Part shown: positions 28,234 through 37,951 of the stretch, in pieces
How the letters are laid out: the number at the start of each line of letters is the position of its first letter
Numbering within the stretch: position 1 is the stretch's first letter
Position numbers and translations under genes: made by a program
IMG/VR virus record: IMGVR_UViG_3300038629_000369
Source of the DNA: an uncultured virus (IMG/VR IMGVR_UViG_3300038629_000369)
Taxonomy: Duplodnaviria > Heunggongvirae > Uroviricota > Caudoviricetes
Reading direction: 5' to 3' (one strand)
Length of the DNA: 64,000 nucleotides
Notes under the pieces: model-generated
The model's input: only the letters and a program-made list of their open reading frames with translations
Told to the model about the DNA's origin: nothing
Database searches by the model: none

Positions 28234-30027
28234 GTGACCATCACCGTTACAGCGCGGGTGGTGGGTGTTCGGCCGCGAGGCGACGACACGTTTGGCGTGA
28301 CGCTGGGCCCCGGCCCGAACATCTACTGGTTCCGTACGCCGGCCCCTCCGAAGCTCGGTGAGCTGGTCACAGTGCACGATGCGGAGCCGCAGCGGTTACG
28401 TATCGAGCATACTGACGACGCCACCCTCACCATGCTGGAGCACGGCAACATGACGGTGAAGCCGGACAAATATCAGCGTCGCGTGGTGGCGCCCGAGTGG
28501 GTCAAGCGCGTGCACACGGTCGTCCGCCGGCCGCTTTTTCCTTATCAGGCCGAGGGAGCAGGCTGGATCGCGTCCCGGCTCGCCATACGTCAAGGCTGCA
28601 TTCTCGGCGACGATCCGGGCCTCGGCAAAACTGCGCAAGTGCTTGCAGCCATCGCGGCCACCGGGTGCACGCCAGCGATCATCGTTTGCCCGCCGAGCGT
28701 GAAGCGAAATTGGGCGCGCGAGATCAAGTTTCTACGGCCCAATCTGCGCGTGGCGGTAATCAACGGCGGCAAAGGACCCATCCCGTCGGCGCACATCGTC
28801 ATCATCAACTATGCCATCATGCGTGCTCGCGAAGATCAGCTCGTGCGGCTGCGGGCTCGCTGCATTGTGTTCGACGAGGCGCATCTTCTCAAGGAGCCAA
28901 CGCCCACCAAGGGTCATCGTGCGGCGGTGGCTACACGTCTGGCCAAGCGCATCGGGCGTCCGGTGTTACTCACGGGAACGCCGCTGCTCAACCGGCCAGA
29001 TGAGCTTTGGCGGTTGCTTCACATGGTCGACCCACGTCAGTGGCCTGACTATTCAGACTTCCGGCAGCGCTACTGCACCAGTCCGGACTCCGACGAGAAG
29101 CACTTACGCAACATCGTCACCACACACGGGCAGGCCAAACGCATCGACGAGCTACACGCGAGCGCGATGCCGTACATGCTGCGTCGTTTGCGAAAGAACG
29201 CGCTGGCGGATCAGGTGCCAGAAAAAACGCGCCGGCGCGTGTACGTGCAGCTCGATGAGCACGACCGCAAACACTACGACGCGGCCGAGCGTGACGTCGT
29301 GTCATGGCTGAGGCGTATCAGCACCGATGCCAAGGCAGCGCAAGCGGCGCGCGGTCAAGCCGTCGTGAAACTCACCATGCTCAGACGCATCGCGGCCATC
29401 GGTAAGCTGCGCAAAGGGATCCCTGACTACCTGCACGCCTGGTTCCGTGACACAGACCGACCGCTCGTCATTTTCGCTTATCACCGGCAGGTGCTCAACG
29501 GCACCGTCGATATTTGCAAACGGCTCGGGCTCAAAGTTGCGACCATTCGCGGGCGTGACAACGATAAGCAGCGGCAGCGCAGCGTCGACATGTTTCAAGG
29601 CGGCTTCGCGGACGTGTTCATTGCGCCCATTCGCTCTGCCGGCGTTGGCCTCAACCTCCAACGCGCCAGCGACGTGCTCTGTCTGGAGAGACTGTGGACG
29701 CCGAGCCTCATGAACCAGGCCGAGTCGCGTGTGCATCGCATCGGGCAACGCAACCACGTGACAGTGACGTATCTCGATGCTCAGGACACTGTCGACGAGC
29801 ACATCGCCGTGGTGCTCCAGGCCAAGCAGCGCATCATCGACATGGTTGTTGACGACAAGCGCACCACCACCATGCGCGAGCAGACCATCCAGACCATCGA
29901 CGAAGTGGTGCGCCGCATAGGCCACTTTGAGGCATCTGAAATTGCCAAATTGAACCAAAAAAAACAGCGCCCGCGACGACCGCCTGGGGGGGAAGACGGG
30001 ACGCCGAGGGCGCTGAGAGTAGTTTAG
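28234..30027 (+). CDS. SNF2-family (HARP/SMARCAL1-like) SF2 helicase
   Basis: PYQ, DDPGLGKT, DEAH, LTGTP, GVGLNLQ and QAESRVHRIGQ motifs. Confidence 0.9.
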   Translation: MTITVTARVVGVRPRGDDTFGVTLGPGPNIYWFRTPAPPKLGELVTVHDAEPQRLRIEHTDDATLTMLEHGNMTVKPDKYQRRVVAPEWVKRVHTVVRRPLFPYQAEGAGWIASRLAIRQGCILGDDPGLGKTAQVLAAIAATGCTPAIIVCPPSVKRNWAREIKFLRPNLRVAVINGGKGPIPSAHIVIINYAIMRAREDQLVRLRARCIVFDEAHLLKEPTPTKGHRAAVATRLAKRIGRPVLLTGTPLLNRPDELWRLLHMVDPRQWPDYSDFRQRYCTSPDSDEKHLRNIVTTHGQAKRIDELHASAMPYMLRRLRKNALADQVPEKTRRRVYVQLDEHDRKHYDAAERDVVSWLRRISTDAKAAQAARGQAVVKLTMLRRIAAIGKLRKGIPDYLHAWFRDTDRPLVIFAYHRQVLNGTVDICKRLGLKVATIRGRDNDKQRQRSVDMFQGGFADVFIAPIRSAGVGLNLQRASDVLCLERLWTPSLMNQAESRVHRIGQRNHVTVTYLDAQDTVDEHIAVVLQAKQRIIDMVVDDKRTTTMREQTIQTIDEVVRRIGHFEASEIAKLNQKKQRPRRPPGGEDGTPRALRVV

Positions 30028-30512
30028 AGCAGTTCGAGGGGTGTTGCACCGGCGAGTCGCACCGGGTGCGGGGGGTAGCCGTGCTTGGTCTTACCCAGGC
30101 ACCAGAGCTGCGAGCAGCCTGGTTGCAGCAGATCCTTCACCTGGTGCACACGGTCGTCGATTCCTTTCTGTGCGCCCCAGGCCGCGACAACGATGTCAGC
30201 GCGGTTCACTTCGAGGCGAATCCAGTTGTCGTTCTCGGGGCCTACGATGTCGACGTCCATGGTGATCTTGTCACGGAACATCGCTTTCGGATCGGTGCAA
30301 CGCCATGCGAACAGGTTGACGACGGTGAGCATCGAGCAGCCCTCGCGCTTGGCAAAACTTACGCAACGTCGGATCGTGGCGTCGTCCTTGGTGCCGTCGG
30401 CTGTGCTCGGGTTGAGCATGATGAAACAGCACGTCTTGTCCTGCAATCCCCAGCGTCGCCACAGACGGTAGCGGTAGCGTTCGCATTCGCTGATCTCTGC
30501 GCCGCGCTTCAC
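30024..30512 (-). CDS. DUF1643 family protein
   Basis: YRYRLWRRW, FIMLNPSTAD, DDATIRRC, NLFAW, AAWG and G.P.HP motifs. Confidence 0.85.
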   Translation of the reverse strand: MKRGAEISECERYRYRLWRRWGLQDKTCCFIMLNPSTADGTKDDATIRRCVSFAKREGCSMLTVVNLFAWRCTDPKAMFRDKITMDVDIVGPENDNWIRLEVNRADIVVAAWGAQKGIDDRVHQVKDLLQPGCSQLWCLGKTKHGYPPHPVRLAGATPLELL

Positions 30513-31234
30513 ACTGCCTCCGGTAGTGCTCGTGCGTTTCCGGTGTCGAGCTTGTCGCCGATATGGTGCGCGACACCGCGCCTTTGACCGGCGGCGTAAG
30601 CGGCTGGACGGTAGCTCACGGTGTAGCTGAGGTGGCTCAGGCCCCTGATCTGATCTTCGAGTGCCCGCATGGCTTCGTCAGCGCGTGTCTGGAGCACCAT
30701 GGCGGCGTCTCCCATGTCTTGCACGACTTCCTCACGAGCCTGGTTAAGCTGCTTGTTGATGCCTTCTGCGAAGCCCAACATCCAGCTGTTCTTGAATGAG
30801 AATCCGTGACCGGCGCATTCGGCGTTACCGATGCGGGTCAGCTCGGCGCTCAACCACGCAAACAGATGTCTCACGAGTGCAACGTCACTGGGGCGACCGC
30901 AAAGATGGATGGCGTGGCTGTACTTTTTGCGGCCGTTGCGCGTGAACCCAACGAGCCGCTTGGCGCGCCAGTGCGCTACGCCGTAATGATCGCAGAGCGC
31001 GTCGATGAGCGTTCGTCGCCAGGCGGCGGCGCGTCGCCAAACAATGAGTGGCGTCTTTTCGTCAGCAACCGCGGACTCGACATTGCCGGCCTCCGTCTGC
31101 AACTGAGCCATCGTGATGCGGTGCTTGTCGAGCATCTTGGCGAGCGCTCGCGCGGCAGCCTCTGCTTCTCCGCGGGTGCCGGCTCTGTCTCGCAAAGCGA
31201 GTAGCTTCTTTGCCTTTTCGATGATGTCATTCAC
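30509..31234 (-). CDS. DUF2786-containing protein
   Basis: N-terminal IEKAKKLLAL...EAEAA...MLDKH; later SWMLGFAEG. Confidence 0.7.
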   Translation of the reverse strand: MNDIIEKAKKLLALRDRAGTRGEAEAAARALAKMLDKHRITMAQLQTEAGNVESAVADEKTPLIVWRRAAAWRRTLIDALCDHYGVAHWRAKRLVGFTRNGRKKYSHAIHLCGRPSDVALVRHLFAWLSAELTRIGNAECAGHGFSFKNSWMLGFAEGINKQLNQAREEVVQDMGDAAMVLQTRADEAMRALEDQIRGLSHLSYTVSYRPAAYAAGQRRGVAHHIGDKLDTGNARALPEAV

Positions 31235-31778
31235 TGTTTCCCCTTTTGTCTTTGTTGTCCCACACTCTTTCCTCTCTTTCCTCGGCTTCTTTGCGTGACT
31301 TCTTGTTCTGCGCGCGCCAGTCGTCGGCCATGTCGCAGTCGTCTTCGTGGCCAGCTACACGGATGCACGACTTGTCGCCGCTGTCGTCTCCCTTGCCGCA
31401 CATCTCATAGCGGTCGTTGTACGAAGCGAACGCTTGGTCTGCGCCTTCGAGGATGTATCCCTCGTCGTCGCTAATGATGTCGGATGAGCCTTCGTAGGCG
31501 TCCCAGAGCTTGATCGCGAGCCCTTCGGCGAGCATGACGCGCTTCGTGAGACGACTCATCTCTCGCCACAGACTCTCGTTGATGAGCTTCTCCCTGCGCG
31601 CACGCACATCACCCTGTCGTTCGAGCACCAGTTCGCTGCCACGCTCCTGAAGTCGGTCGCGCTGTTCGCGCAGATGTACGATCTCACCTATCGCGATCTT
31701 CATGGCGTTAGTGGCGCGCTCGGGCAGCGGCATTTGCTCGTGCAGCTCGCGCATTGTTTCAACGACGTCAGTCATCAT
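31227..31778 (-). CDS. Hypothetical protein
   Basis: AGAGGA RBS; overlapping-gene packing. Confidence 0.5.
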   Translation of the reverse strand: MMTDVVETMRELHEQMPLPERATNAMKIAIGEIVHLREQRDRLQERGSELVLERQGDVRARREKLINESLWREMSRLTKRVMLAEGLAIKLWDAYEGSSDIISDDEGYILEGADQAFASYNDRYEMCGKGDDSGDKSCIRVAGHEDDCDMADDWRAQNKKSRKEAEEREERVWDNKDKRGNSE

Positions 31779-31987
31779 TTCCTCTTTCCTCTGCGCGTAG
31801 ATCGACACCGGTCCACCGCTTGATCTGCTCATTGGTCAGTGGGTGTATATCTAAGACGTAGGTCCCCTCTGGCGTCTTGACGTCGTAGTGAGTCACCCAG
31901 TTGTCGCCGTCTCGGCCGGTGATCTTGAGGTGTCCCGTATGGGGCAGATGCGGCAACAGCGCGAGCTTGCGCGGCAGTCTGAACTTC

Positions 31988-32263
31988 TTACGCCTGGCCA
32001 CGCGCCTTCGTCCATTTACGGTTGCGAGGGATCTGATCGATCGGGCGCCAGAACACAGTGCCCGGTGCGCTCATGGCTTGTTTTATGTCCTCGTCGTTAC
32101 CAGTCTCGCAGAAGTTGAACAGCTGCCTGGTGCGATCGAAGCCAGCGGCACGAGCGGCAGCCGACCCATTGGCGGCGGCCACGACTTCTATGGTGGTTCT
32201 GTGGTGGCCAGGAAGCTCATTTCGGAAGCCCTGCCAGGTGTAGACTTTGAGTGCACGTGTCAT
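31988..32263 (-). CDS. Hypothetical protein
   Basis: GGAGG RBS; overlap with the upstream stop codon. Confidence 0.5.
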   Translation of the reverse strand: MTRALKVYTWQGFRNELPGHHRTTIEVVAAANGSAAARAAGFDRTRQLFNFCETGNDEDIKQAMSAPGTVFWRPIDQIPRNRKWTKARGQA

Positions 32264-32730
32264 TTGTTGGCCTCCCATACAAGCGTCTGACCGTCGTGGC
32301 TGCGAGCGTAGGAGTGACGCTTATCGGCGACTTTCATGGCGGCCGTGTAGAACGCCTTGAAGTCGCCCTTGGTCACGTCCGACAACGTGTCGATGTCGTC
32401 TAGCAGCTGCCAAAGCGGCTCCGCGGCGCGCTCTAGGACGACGCGATCGATGTGCCTATTCCAGCAAACGACGCACCACACCGCCCCGAGGCAGCTGCAT
32501 TGGCTGGAGCAGTAGGAGGTTTGCTCACCTTCGGCAAGCGTGGCGTCGCAGCCGGCGCAGCGCGGTGGTTTGGAGCTAGCGCAAATTGGCATCCAGCCAT
32601 TCTTTGTGTAGGCGTGGACGACGCCATCGAAGCTCCACATGGCCCCAATTAGCCGACGGTGCTCGGGGCGAGGACAGTCGGATTCTACGTGGGGCGGCCC
32701 GCCGCATGTGACGCAGCACGGATCAGGCAC
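32260..32730 (-). CDS. Cys-rich hypothetical protein
   Basis: GTG 32730 after AGGAGG; several CxxC pairs. Confidence 0.45.
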   Translation of the reverse strand: MPDPCCVTCGGPPHVESDCPRPEHRRLIGAMWSFDGVVHAYTKNGWMPICASSKPPRCAGCDATLAEGEQTSYCSSQCSCLGAVWCVVCWNRHIDRVVLERAAEPLWQLLDDIDTLSDVTKGDFKAFYTAAMKVADKRHSYARSHDGQTLVWEANK

Positions 32731-33301
32731 CCCACACCTCCTTGTAGAAGTAGCGACTGATGATGGTGATCGTGTCGGCGACGTCGTCCTTGGCGGTGTG
32801 CTTCTGTTCACCACTGAGGCCAGCCCAGGTGCGTAGCGCCTCGATACCGACGTGCTCGACCTCACCTTTGACGAGCAGCGGGAAGCACAGCGACTCGGTG
32901 TTGAGCACGCGCCGAGAAAACTTTGGCTTACCGGGAAGCGCCAGTTCGACGCGACCGAAGTCGGAGTGCAGGAACGGCAAATCGAAACCGGTCACGTTGG
33001 AACCAGTCCAGACGAGACCATCATGCGGGATCTCGTACAGCCATCCGATGAATGCACGAGCCACTTCTCTCATGCGTTGAGCGCCGGCCCACGCCTTTTC
33101 GCTGTAACCGTTCACAGCCGCCGCGCCTTCCGACACCGGACGATCTGGTTTGACGAAGCGGTGAAACGACTCGTTTGGATGAGCGACCACTTGCTTTGCG
33201 TCATGCTCGACAAGCACATGCTGCGCTGACAGCTCGATGATACAGCGCTCAGCAGGATCGAATCCGCCTGTCTCGGTGTCGACGACGATGAGATGGATCA
33301 T
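32723..33301 (-). CDS. DEDDh 3'-5' exonuclease (DnaQ-like)
   Basis: VDTETGG, FDLPFL and HTAKDD motifs. Confidence 0.85.
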   Translation of the reverse strand: MIHLIVVDTETGGFDPAERCIIELSAQHVLVEHDAKQVVAHPNESFHRFVKPDRPVSEGAAAVNGYSEKAWAGAQRMREVARAFIGWLYEIPHDGLVWTGSNVTGFDLPFLHSDFGRVELALPGKPKFSRRVLNTESLCFPLLVKGEVEHVGIEALRTWAGLSGEQKHTAKDDVADTITIISRYFYKEVWGA

Positions 33302-33603
33302 AATTTGGTCAGCTTTACCGAGTTGAGGAAGATGTGCTGCAACAGCTTTAGCGCTCCGACGAAGCGCACTTGTTGTGAGCCGACAATGACGTTCTGCGTC
33401 CAGTGCATGGTGTGCTCGGTGGGTCCGCAGATGGCTACAAACGCAAGATCGAGAAACTTACCTTGCTCAGCTTGAGCCAGCAGCTCACGCAGTTTGAGCA
33501 CGCAAGCGCGTTTCCTTTTTTCGTCAGCTGTTTGCAGCTCGACCACACGTAGATGGCTACTGCCTCCGCTGTCGCCGTTGCCCTTGTCGTTGTCGTCGCT
33601 CAC
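33298..33603 (-). CDS. Hypothetical protein
   Basis: 101-aa ORF with 4-bp overlaps. Confidence 0.5.
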   Translation of the reverse strand: MSDDNDKGNGDSGGSSHLRVVELQTADEKRKRACVLKLRELLAQAEQGKFLDLAFVAICGPTEHTMHWTQNVIVGSQQVRFVGALKLLQHIFLNSVKLTKL

Positions 33604-33839
33604 CAGGATTTTCCTCCGAGACCAGCTTCGCGTCCGAAGTCGCCGCTCGCGAGCGCGACCTCAGCTTGTTCATGCTTCTTGTAGTAGCCACTCTCTCGGC
33701 TGTAGGGCCCGCAGTCGCACCGGGTGCCCACGTAGTAGCCAGCAGCACTGTGGCACACCGACAGCTTCGGCGTGATGTTGCAGTCCTCACACGTCGCCGG
33801 CGAGCCACCGGCGATCGTTTCAGGTTTCGAGATGGTCAT
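33600..33839 (-). CDS. Small Cys-rich phage-type protein
   Basis: CEDC...SAAGYYVGTRCDCGPYSRESGYY. Confidence 0.55.
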   Translation of the reverse strand: MTISKPETIAGGSPATCEDCNITPKLSVCHSAAGYYVGTRCDCGPYSRESGYYKKHEQAEVALASGDFGREAGLGGKSW

Positions 33840-34357
33840 GAGTTGGTGTCGTCGGCCGGCGGCAGCGCCTTGACGTCGAAGTCAGCGCCGTTGATGGCCT
33901 TGAGGATGCCGCCCACATCACTGCGGAGCCAGCGCTTCACCCGACTGTCGGTGATCTTGCGTGGGTCGATCGAGTTGACGGTGCGCTCGACGCTCTCCTT
34001 TGCGGAGGCGAGGCGGCGCATCTTTTTCGGCAGCTCGGTTTTGGCGCGATCGTTGTCGTCGACCGTCGCACGAACGCCCACCGACGGCATCGTCAACATG
34101 CCGCGCTCGTACTCGGTTTCTAGGATGATCTTGGAGCGGCTCATGTTGCGGTGTAGTCGCTCGACTTCCTCGCTGGTCAGTCGCGGCGTGCGGCTGTACC
34201 CCATGATGGCGCGCAGCACGACGTTGTACTGCACGAATTGGTAGGGGTCCTTTTTAGCGAGCCAATCCAAAAAGTGAGCGGCCCGGCGGGTCAAGCTCAC
34301 TTCCTGATCGAACTTGTACAATTTGATGTCGATCCCCTTTTTCTTACGTCGTGCCAT
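33836..34357 (-). CDS. Basic hypothetical protein, possibly DNA-binding
   Basis: ATG 34357 (MARRKKK). Confidence 0.5.
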   Translation of the reverse strand: MARRKKKGIDIKLYKFDQEVSLTRRAAHFLDWLAKKDPYQFVQYNVVLRAIMGYSRTPRLTSEEVERLHRNMSRSKIILETEYERGMLTMPSVGVRATVDDNDRAKTELPKKMRRLASAKESVERTVNSIDPRKITDSRVKRWLRSDVGGILKAINGADFDVKALPPADDTNS

Positions 34358-35312
34358 TGTCTGCTGTTGCCTCGTTTCGTTGCCTTGTTTCGTTATAGGA
34401 GCAGATGAAGTGATAAGCCTCAGTGACTGCACTGAATTTGCGGCTGAGGTCGACTCCTGGTGTTTTGTCTGGGTGATAAATGGACGCGAGCTTGCGGTAC
34501 TGCCGCTTCACTTGCGCGATGTCGATTGATGCGCTCGGGCGCGGGGGATCCATCGCCAGTTCCTCGAACGCTTCGCGCATCCGTTTGCGCATGGTGTACT
34601 CGCTGAGCGTTTTCTGTTCGCGCGCTACCCGGCGGTAGGTCTGCATCTTCTCCTTGAGCATGTCGATCGTGATCTTCAGATCGACCTCGAAGTCGGCGTA
34701 CATCTGGTCAGCCAATCCGTCGTCCACGTCGTCGAGCTGGGCGGCCACGTAGCCGGCCACCATGTGACGGATAGCGGTGTATAGCTCCTTGGGTGATTTC
34801 GGAGTGGCACCATTGGACGACGGCACCGGCGTTGCCTTGCGCCTCGGGATGCGTTGTGTTCCAGCCTGGCGGAAGACACAGCCATCGGCGAGCGTTTTGA
34901 CGACTGGTAGCTCATCGTAAGCGGCGAGCACCGGCGTCAGCGCATCCGAAAGTAGCGGGTATTTTTTGGGCCACGCTGCGTACTGTCGCTTCGCGCCGAT
35001 CATGAGATTGACAGCGGTGCTGATCGACATCCGTTCATGCTCGATGCGACGCCACAGCTCAGCGCCGTTGTCGCCAACACCGAGCAGCGCTGAACGGTTT
35101 TTGGATTCCCAGGTCGAGATTCCGAACACGGCGCGAAGGAAGTAGTCGCGGGTCCACTCTTTGCGCTTGTCGGGCGCCAGAGCGTTCCATATCTTGCGCT
35201 CCAGCTGCGCCTTGGCGTGCTGCGACATGGTGTCGGAAATGCTCATGTAGCGCTCGATGAGGCGCTGCGCTTCGTCGCCCAGGTTGTCGAGCGTGCCTTC
35301 GTTCTTGCTCAT
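34344..35312 (-). CDS. Protein with C-terminal DnaJ (J) domain
   Basis: VKRQYRKLASIYHPDK...FSAVTEAY; ATG 35312 overlaps the upstream stop codon. Confidence 0.75.
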   Translation of the reverse strand: MSKNEGTLDNLGDEAQRLIERYMSISDTMSQHAKAQLERKIWNALAPDKRKEWTRDYFLRAVFGISTWESKNRSALLGVGDNGAELWRRIEHERMSISTAVNLMIGAKRQYAAWPKKYPLLSDALTPVLAAYDELPVVKTLADGCVFRQAGTQRIPRRKATPVPSSNGATPKSPKELYTAIRHMVAGYVAAQLDDVDDGLADQMYADFEVDLKITIDMLKEKMQTYRRVAREQKTLSEYTMRKRMREAFEELAMDPPRPSASIDIAQVKRQYRKLASIYHPDKTPGVDLSRKFSAVTEAYHFICSYNETRQRNEATADNGTT

Positions 35313-35863
35313 TCCAGCAGCGCCTTCCTGATCGCCGCCGTGTCGGCTTCGACGACTGCCATCCTTGCATCCAGCTGTCCTAGTAGCTGTGCGATCCCCG
35401 CCAACATCTGGAGCTGCGCCTCTTGCAGCGCTTCGCCTGAATACTGAGGTAGCTCCAGGGTCGCGAGCGCGTCGGACTCCAGCTCGTCCTCGGGCGGCGG
35501 CTCGTCGGCGTCCGGAGCGTAGTTTGTGTGTGACGGAAACGGTAGCTCCAGGGTCGCGAGCGCGTCGGCGTCCTGAGCGGAGTTTTTTTGTGACGGAAAC
35601 ACCAACGTGAGGAAGCTTTCTTCGTTGTTCAGCAACTGATTGATCGCCTGGTAGTTGTTCACCTTGCTCGCCTGGTAGATGTTGGCGCGCTTGCCCCTCT
35701 CCACCTCCACTGCGCCCATCCTTTCCAGCTTCGCCAGCAACGTGTCCTGCCAGCGCTCGCTTTTGCCGAACAGCGCTTTGCGGTTGTAGCGTTGGCCGTA
35801 CGCTAGGCGGGTCAAAGCCGTCTCCACTGCCTTTCGGCGCTGGACCTGTTGTGCTGGTGTCAT
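35309..35863 (-). CDS. Winged-helix-like protein with an internal duplication
   Basis: LLAKLERMGAVEVERG...Y wHTH pattern; DALATLELP occurs twice. Confidence 0.5.
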   Translation of the reverse strand: MTPAQQVQRRKAVETALTRLAYGQRYNRKALFGKSERWQDTLLAKLERMGAVEVERGKRANIYQASKVNNYQAINQLLNNEESFLTLVFPSQKNSAQDADALATLELPFPSHTNYAPDADEPPPEDELESDALATLELPQYSGEALQEAQLQMLAGIAQLLGQLDARMAVVEADTAAIRKALLE

Positions 35864-35866
35864 CGG

Positions 35867-36526
35867 TCATTGTCCTGTGGCGGGTGGCAATAGCGGCTTA
35901 CAGATGTCGCATTCCTCGTAGTTGAATTTGTGGGGACACGGCCTGGTGACCGCGGGTAAACACGGGTCGACGTGCGGTGCGACCTTCTGATCTTCGTCGA
36001 CCATGCGATCGATACGCTCGGCCCGAAGTCCCGCCTTGAGGGCGGTGACCTGATTGGTCAGCACGCCGCGTTCGCCGCGCATGCCGGCGAGCTTGCGCGT
36101 GAGGATGTCGATGACCTCCTGCGCCTCGGGCGGACCCATGGCGGCCAGCTCCAGCTTGAGCCGCTCGTTTTCTGCCTGGATCTGTGCGACAGGTTTGAGC
36201 AGCTCGATCTGAGCGCGAAGCGCGTCGTTCTTCTGGATAAGCGATCCTTCTAACTCAGCCATCGAAGCGAGCGTGTTGGCTTTGGTGACGATGTTCTCAC
36301 TGATCAGCTCGCCCAGATCGTCGTCGCCGCTCGCTAGCCAAGCCAGATCGGTATCAACAGACTCTGACCTGACGAGCGCACCACGGTAGGCGCCACCCTT
36401 CATATCTTTGATGGCGTCGTCCACCTTGCTACGCAGCTCGTGTGCTTGGCGCTGTAAATCGGCAGGCCCGCTGCTTACTAGCCCCAGCGTGTCGCTGATC
36501 AGCTCCAATTCCGCCTTGGTGAACAT
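35867..36526 (-). CDS. Coiled-coil protein with Cys-rich tail
   Basis: 219-aa ORF with heptad repeats. Confidence 0.55.
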   Translation of the reverse strand: MFTKAELELISDTLGLVSSGPADLQRQAHELRSKVDDAIKDMKGGAYRGALVRSESVDTDLAWLASGDDDLGELISENIVTKANTLASMAELEGSLIQKNDALRAQIELLKPVAQIQAENERLKLELAAMGPPEAQEVIDILTRKLAGMRGERGVLTNQVTALKAGLRAERIDRMVDEDQKVAPHVDPCLPAVTRPCPHKFNYEECDICKPLLPPATGQ

Positions 36527-37002
36527 CAGCCTTTCCAGGGCTCGATCTTCTTGGGCAGCTCGGCGACGAGCATCACGTGGCCACGTATGGCGGACACGTC
36601 TTTGACTCTGCGCGTAGCGTGACCGTCTTTGCCGACAAGATGCACGTACATCAGTGAGTTTTCTGGAAGCTCAGAAAGCATGCGCATCACATCGCGCACG
36701 GTGAGCTGTTTGCGGCTACGGGTCACAGGACGTTGTTGCGTCGCGGTTGCCCGTTTCGCCGCCGCCCGTTGCTGCTTACTGGGCGGTCGGCCTTTGTGCT
36801 TCGGCGCCACGCCGCGACACTTCTGACAGCCAGCACCTCGCTTGAGTGAGCTACCCTGCACTTCGGCGACATCGCCGCAGCACAGGCATTTGACCTTCCA
36901 GTAGATGACCTTGTAGCCGCCGTAGTCGCGGCTCTCTGCGCGCTTGAACACCTTGCGTGTGCCAAACCTTCGTCCAACTAGATTCTCAGCCTCTCGGGGC
37001 AC
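36526..37002 (-). CDS. Protein with Zn-ribbon module of the type found in HNH/AP2-associated proteins
   Basis: NLVGRRFG...WKVKCLCCG...SLKRG.GC..C. Confidence 0.5.
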   Translation of the reverse strand: MPREAENLVGRRFGTRKVFKRAESRDYGGYKVIYWKVKCLCCGDVAEVQGSSLKRGAGCQKCRGVAPKHKGRPPSKQQRAAAKRATATQQRPVTRSRKQLTVRDVMRMLSELPENSLMYVHLVGKDGHATRRVKDVSAIRGHVMLVAELPKKIEPWKG

Positions 37003-37573
37003 AGGGCAGCTCCTTGGGCACGAACGCGCCCTCGTTGTCGATGATGTTGTGCATGATGGCGCGCAGCCGTCCGTCGGCGCCTAAGTGGCGCATGCGACGC
37101 TTGACGTCGTGCACCTCGAAGTAGTGCTCCATGCCGGCGAGCATGTCTGGGTGGAACACGTCGGTGGCGTACTCAGGTATGCCATCGTTGATGGTGTCCC
37201 CCACGTCCAGAAAGGTGGCTTTCCCGCGGCGCCGCACCAGCGACACGAACACGGCGCCAATGGCGCACACGTCGCACTTGTTTTCGAGAGCGCGCTCAGG
37301 TGTTTCGTCAGAGAATTCGTGTGCCAGCAGGGTCGAATGTGGAAAGGTGTTCCAGCTGATTGACTGCCCCTTGTAGCGCAAGCTCAGGAACTGGTCTGCC
37401 TTCGCTTCGAGCCGCTTGGCGTCGAGCTGAAGCAGCACGTCATGCGCAATAGCGACACGTTGCTCGGGTCTCGTCAGCTCAGTGAACGGCTTGTCGAGCT
37501 GGATCTGCGGCATGGCCCGCGGCCGACGGCGCACTACGCGCTCGTTGACGACGGGCTCTTTGATGAGCTTCAT
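36986..37573 (-). CDS. Hypothetical protein
   Basis: AGGGGA RBS; lies downstream of the promoter-like element. Confidence 0.6.
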   Translation of the reverse strand: MKLIKEPVVNERVVRRRPRAMPQIQLDKPFTELTRPEQRVAIAHDVLLQLDAKRLEAKADQFLSLRYKGQSISWNTFPHSTLLAHEFSDETPERALENKCDVCAIGAVFVSLVRRRGKATFLDVGDTINDGIPEYATDVFHPDMLAGMEHYFEVHDVKRRMRHLGADGRLRAIMHNIIDNEGAFVPKELPCAPRG

Positions 37574-37590
37574 CGTTTCCCCTATTGTGT

Positions 37591-37619
37591 TAAATACTCA
37601 CTGACGGTGAGCACGTCAA
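37591..37619 (-). promoter_or_regulatory. Sigma70-like promoter with an operator-like palindrome
   Basis: TTGACG-N17-TATTTA on the minus strand; spacer contains CTCAC-N5-GTGAG; AT-rich gap. Confidence 0.45.
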
Positions 37620-37951
37620 TACTCAAACCGTGCATCGCGTCTACAACGTATTCGCTCTCAGCTGATACCAGATGAAGTTGCAGCCGTTGGTGCACTCGGA
37701 GACTTGTAGCGTGCTCCCCTCGAAGGCGTGGTGCCCGCAGACAACTTCACACTTGGGGCACGGCGCCGCGAAGCGCTCCCTGACGCGCAACCGGCGCCCC
37801 GCGTCTGCATGCGGCGTCTCGGGCGGCACACGCGCCCAGTCGAACGCATCGGCGCCGACGAACAGCATATGCTCGTCGAGCGCCTCGTCGTGCTGCTCCT
37901 GGTCGGAGCTGCTGACGACGTTCTGACCGGGCTTTCGGCTGAACCAGTGTG

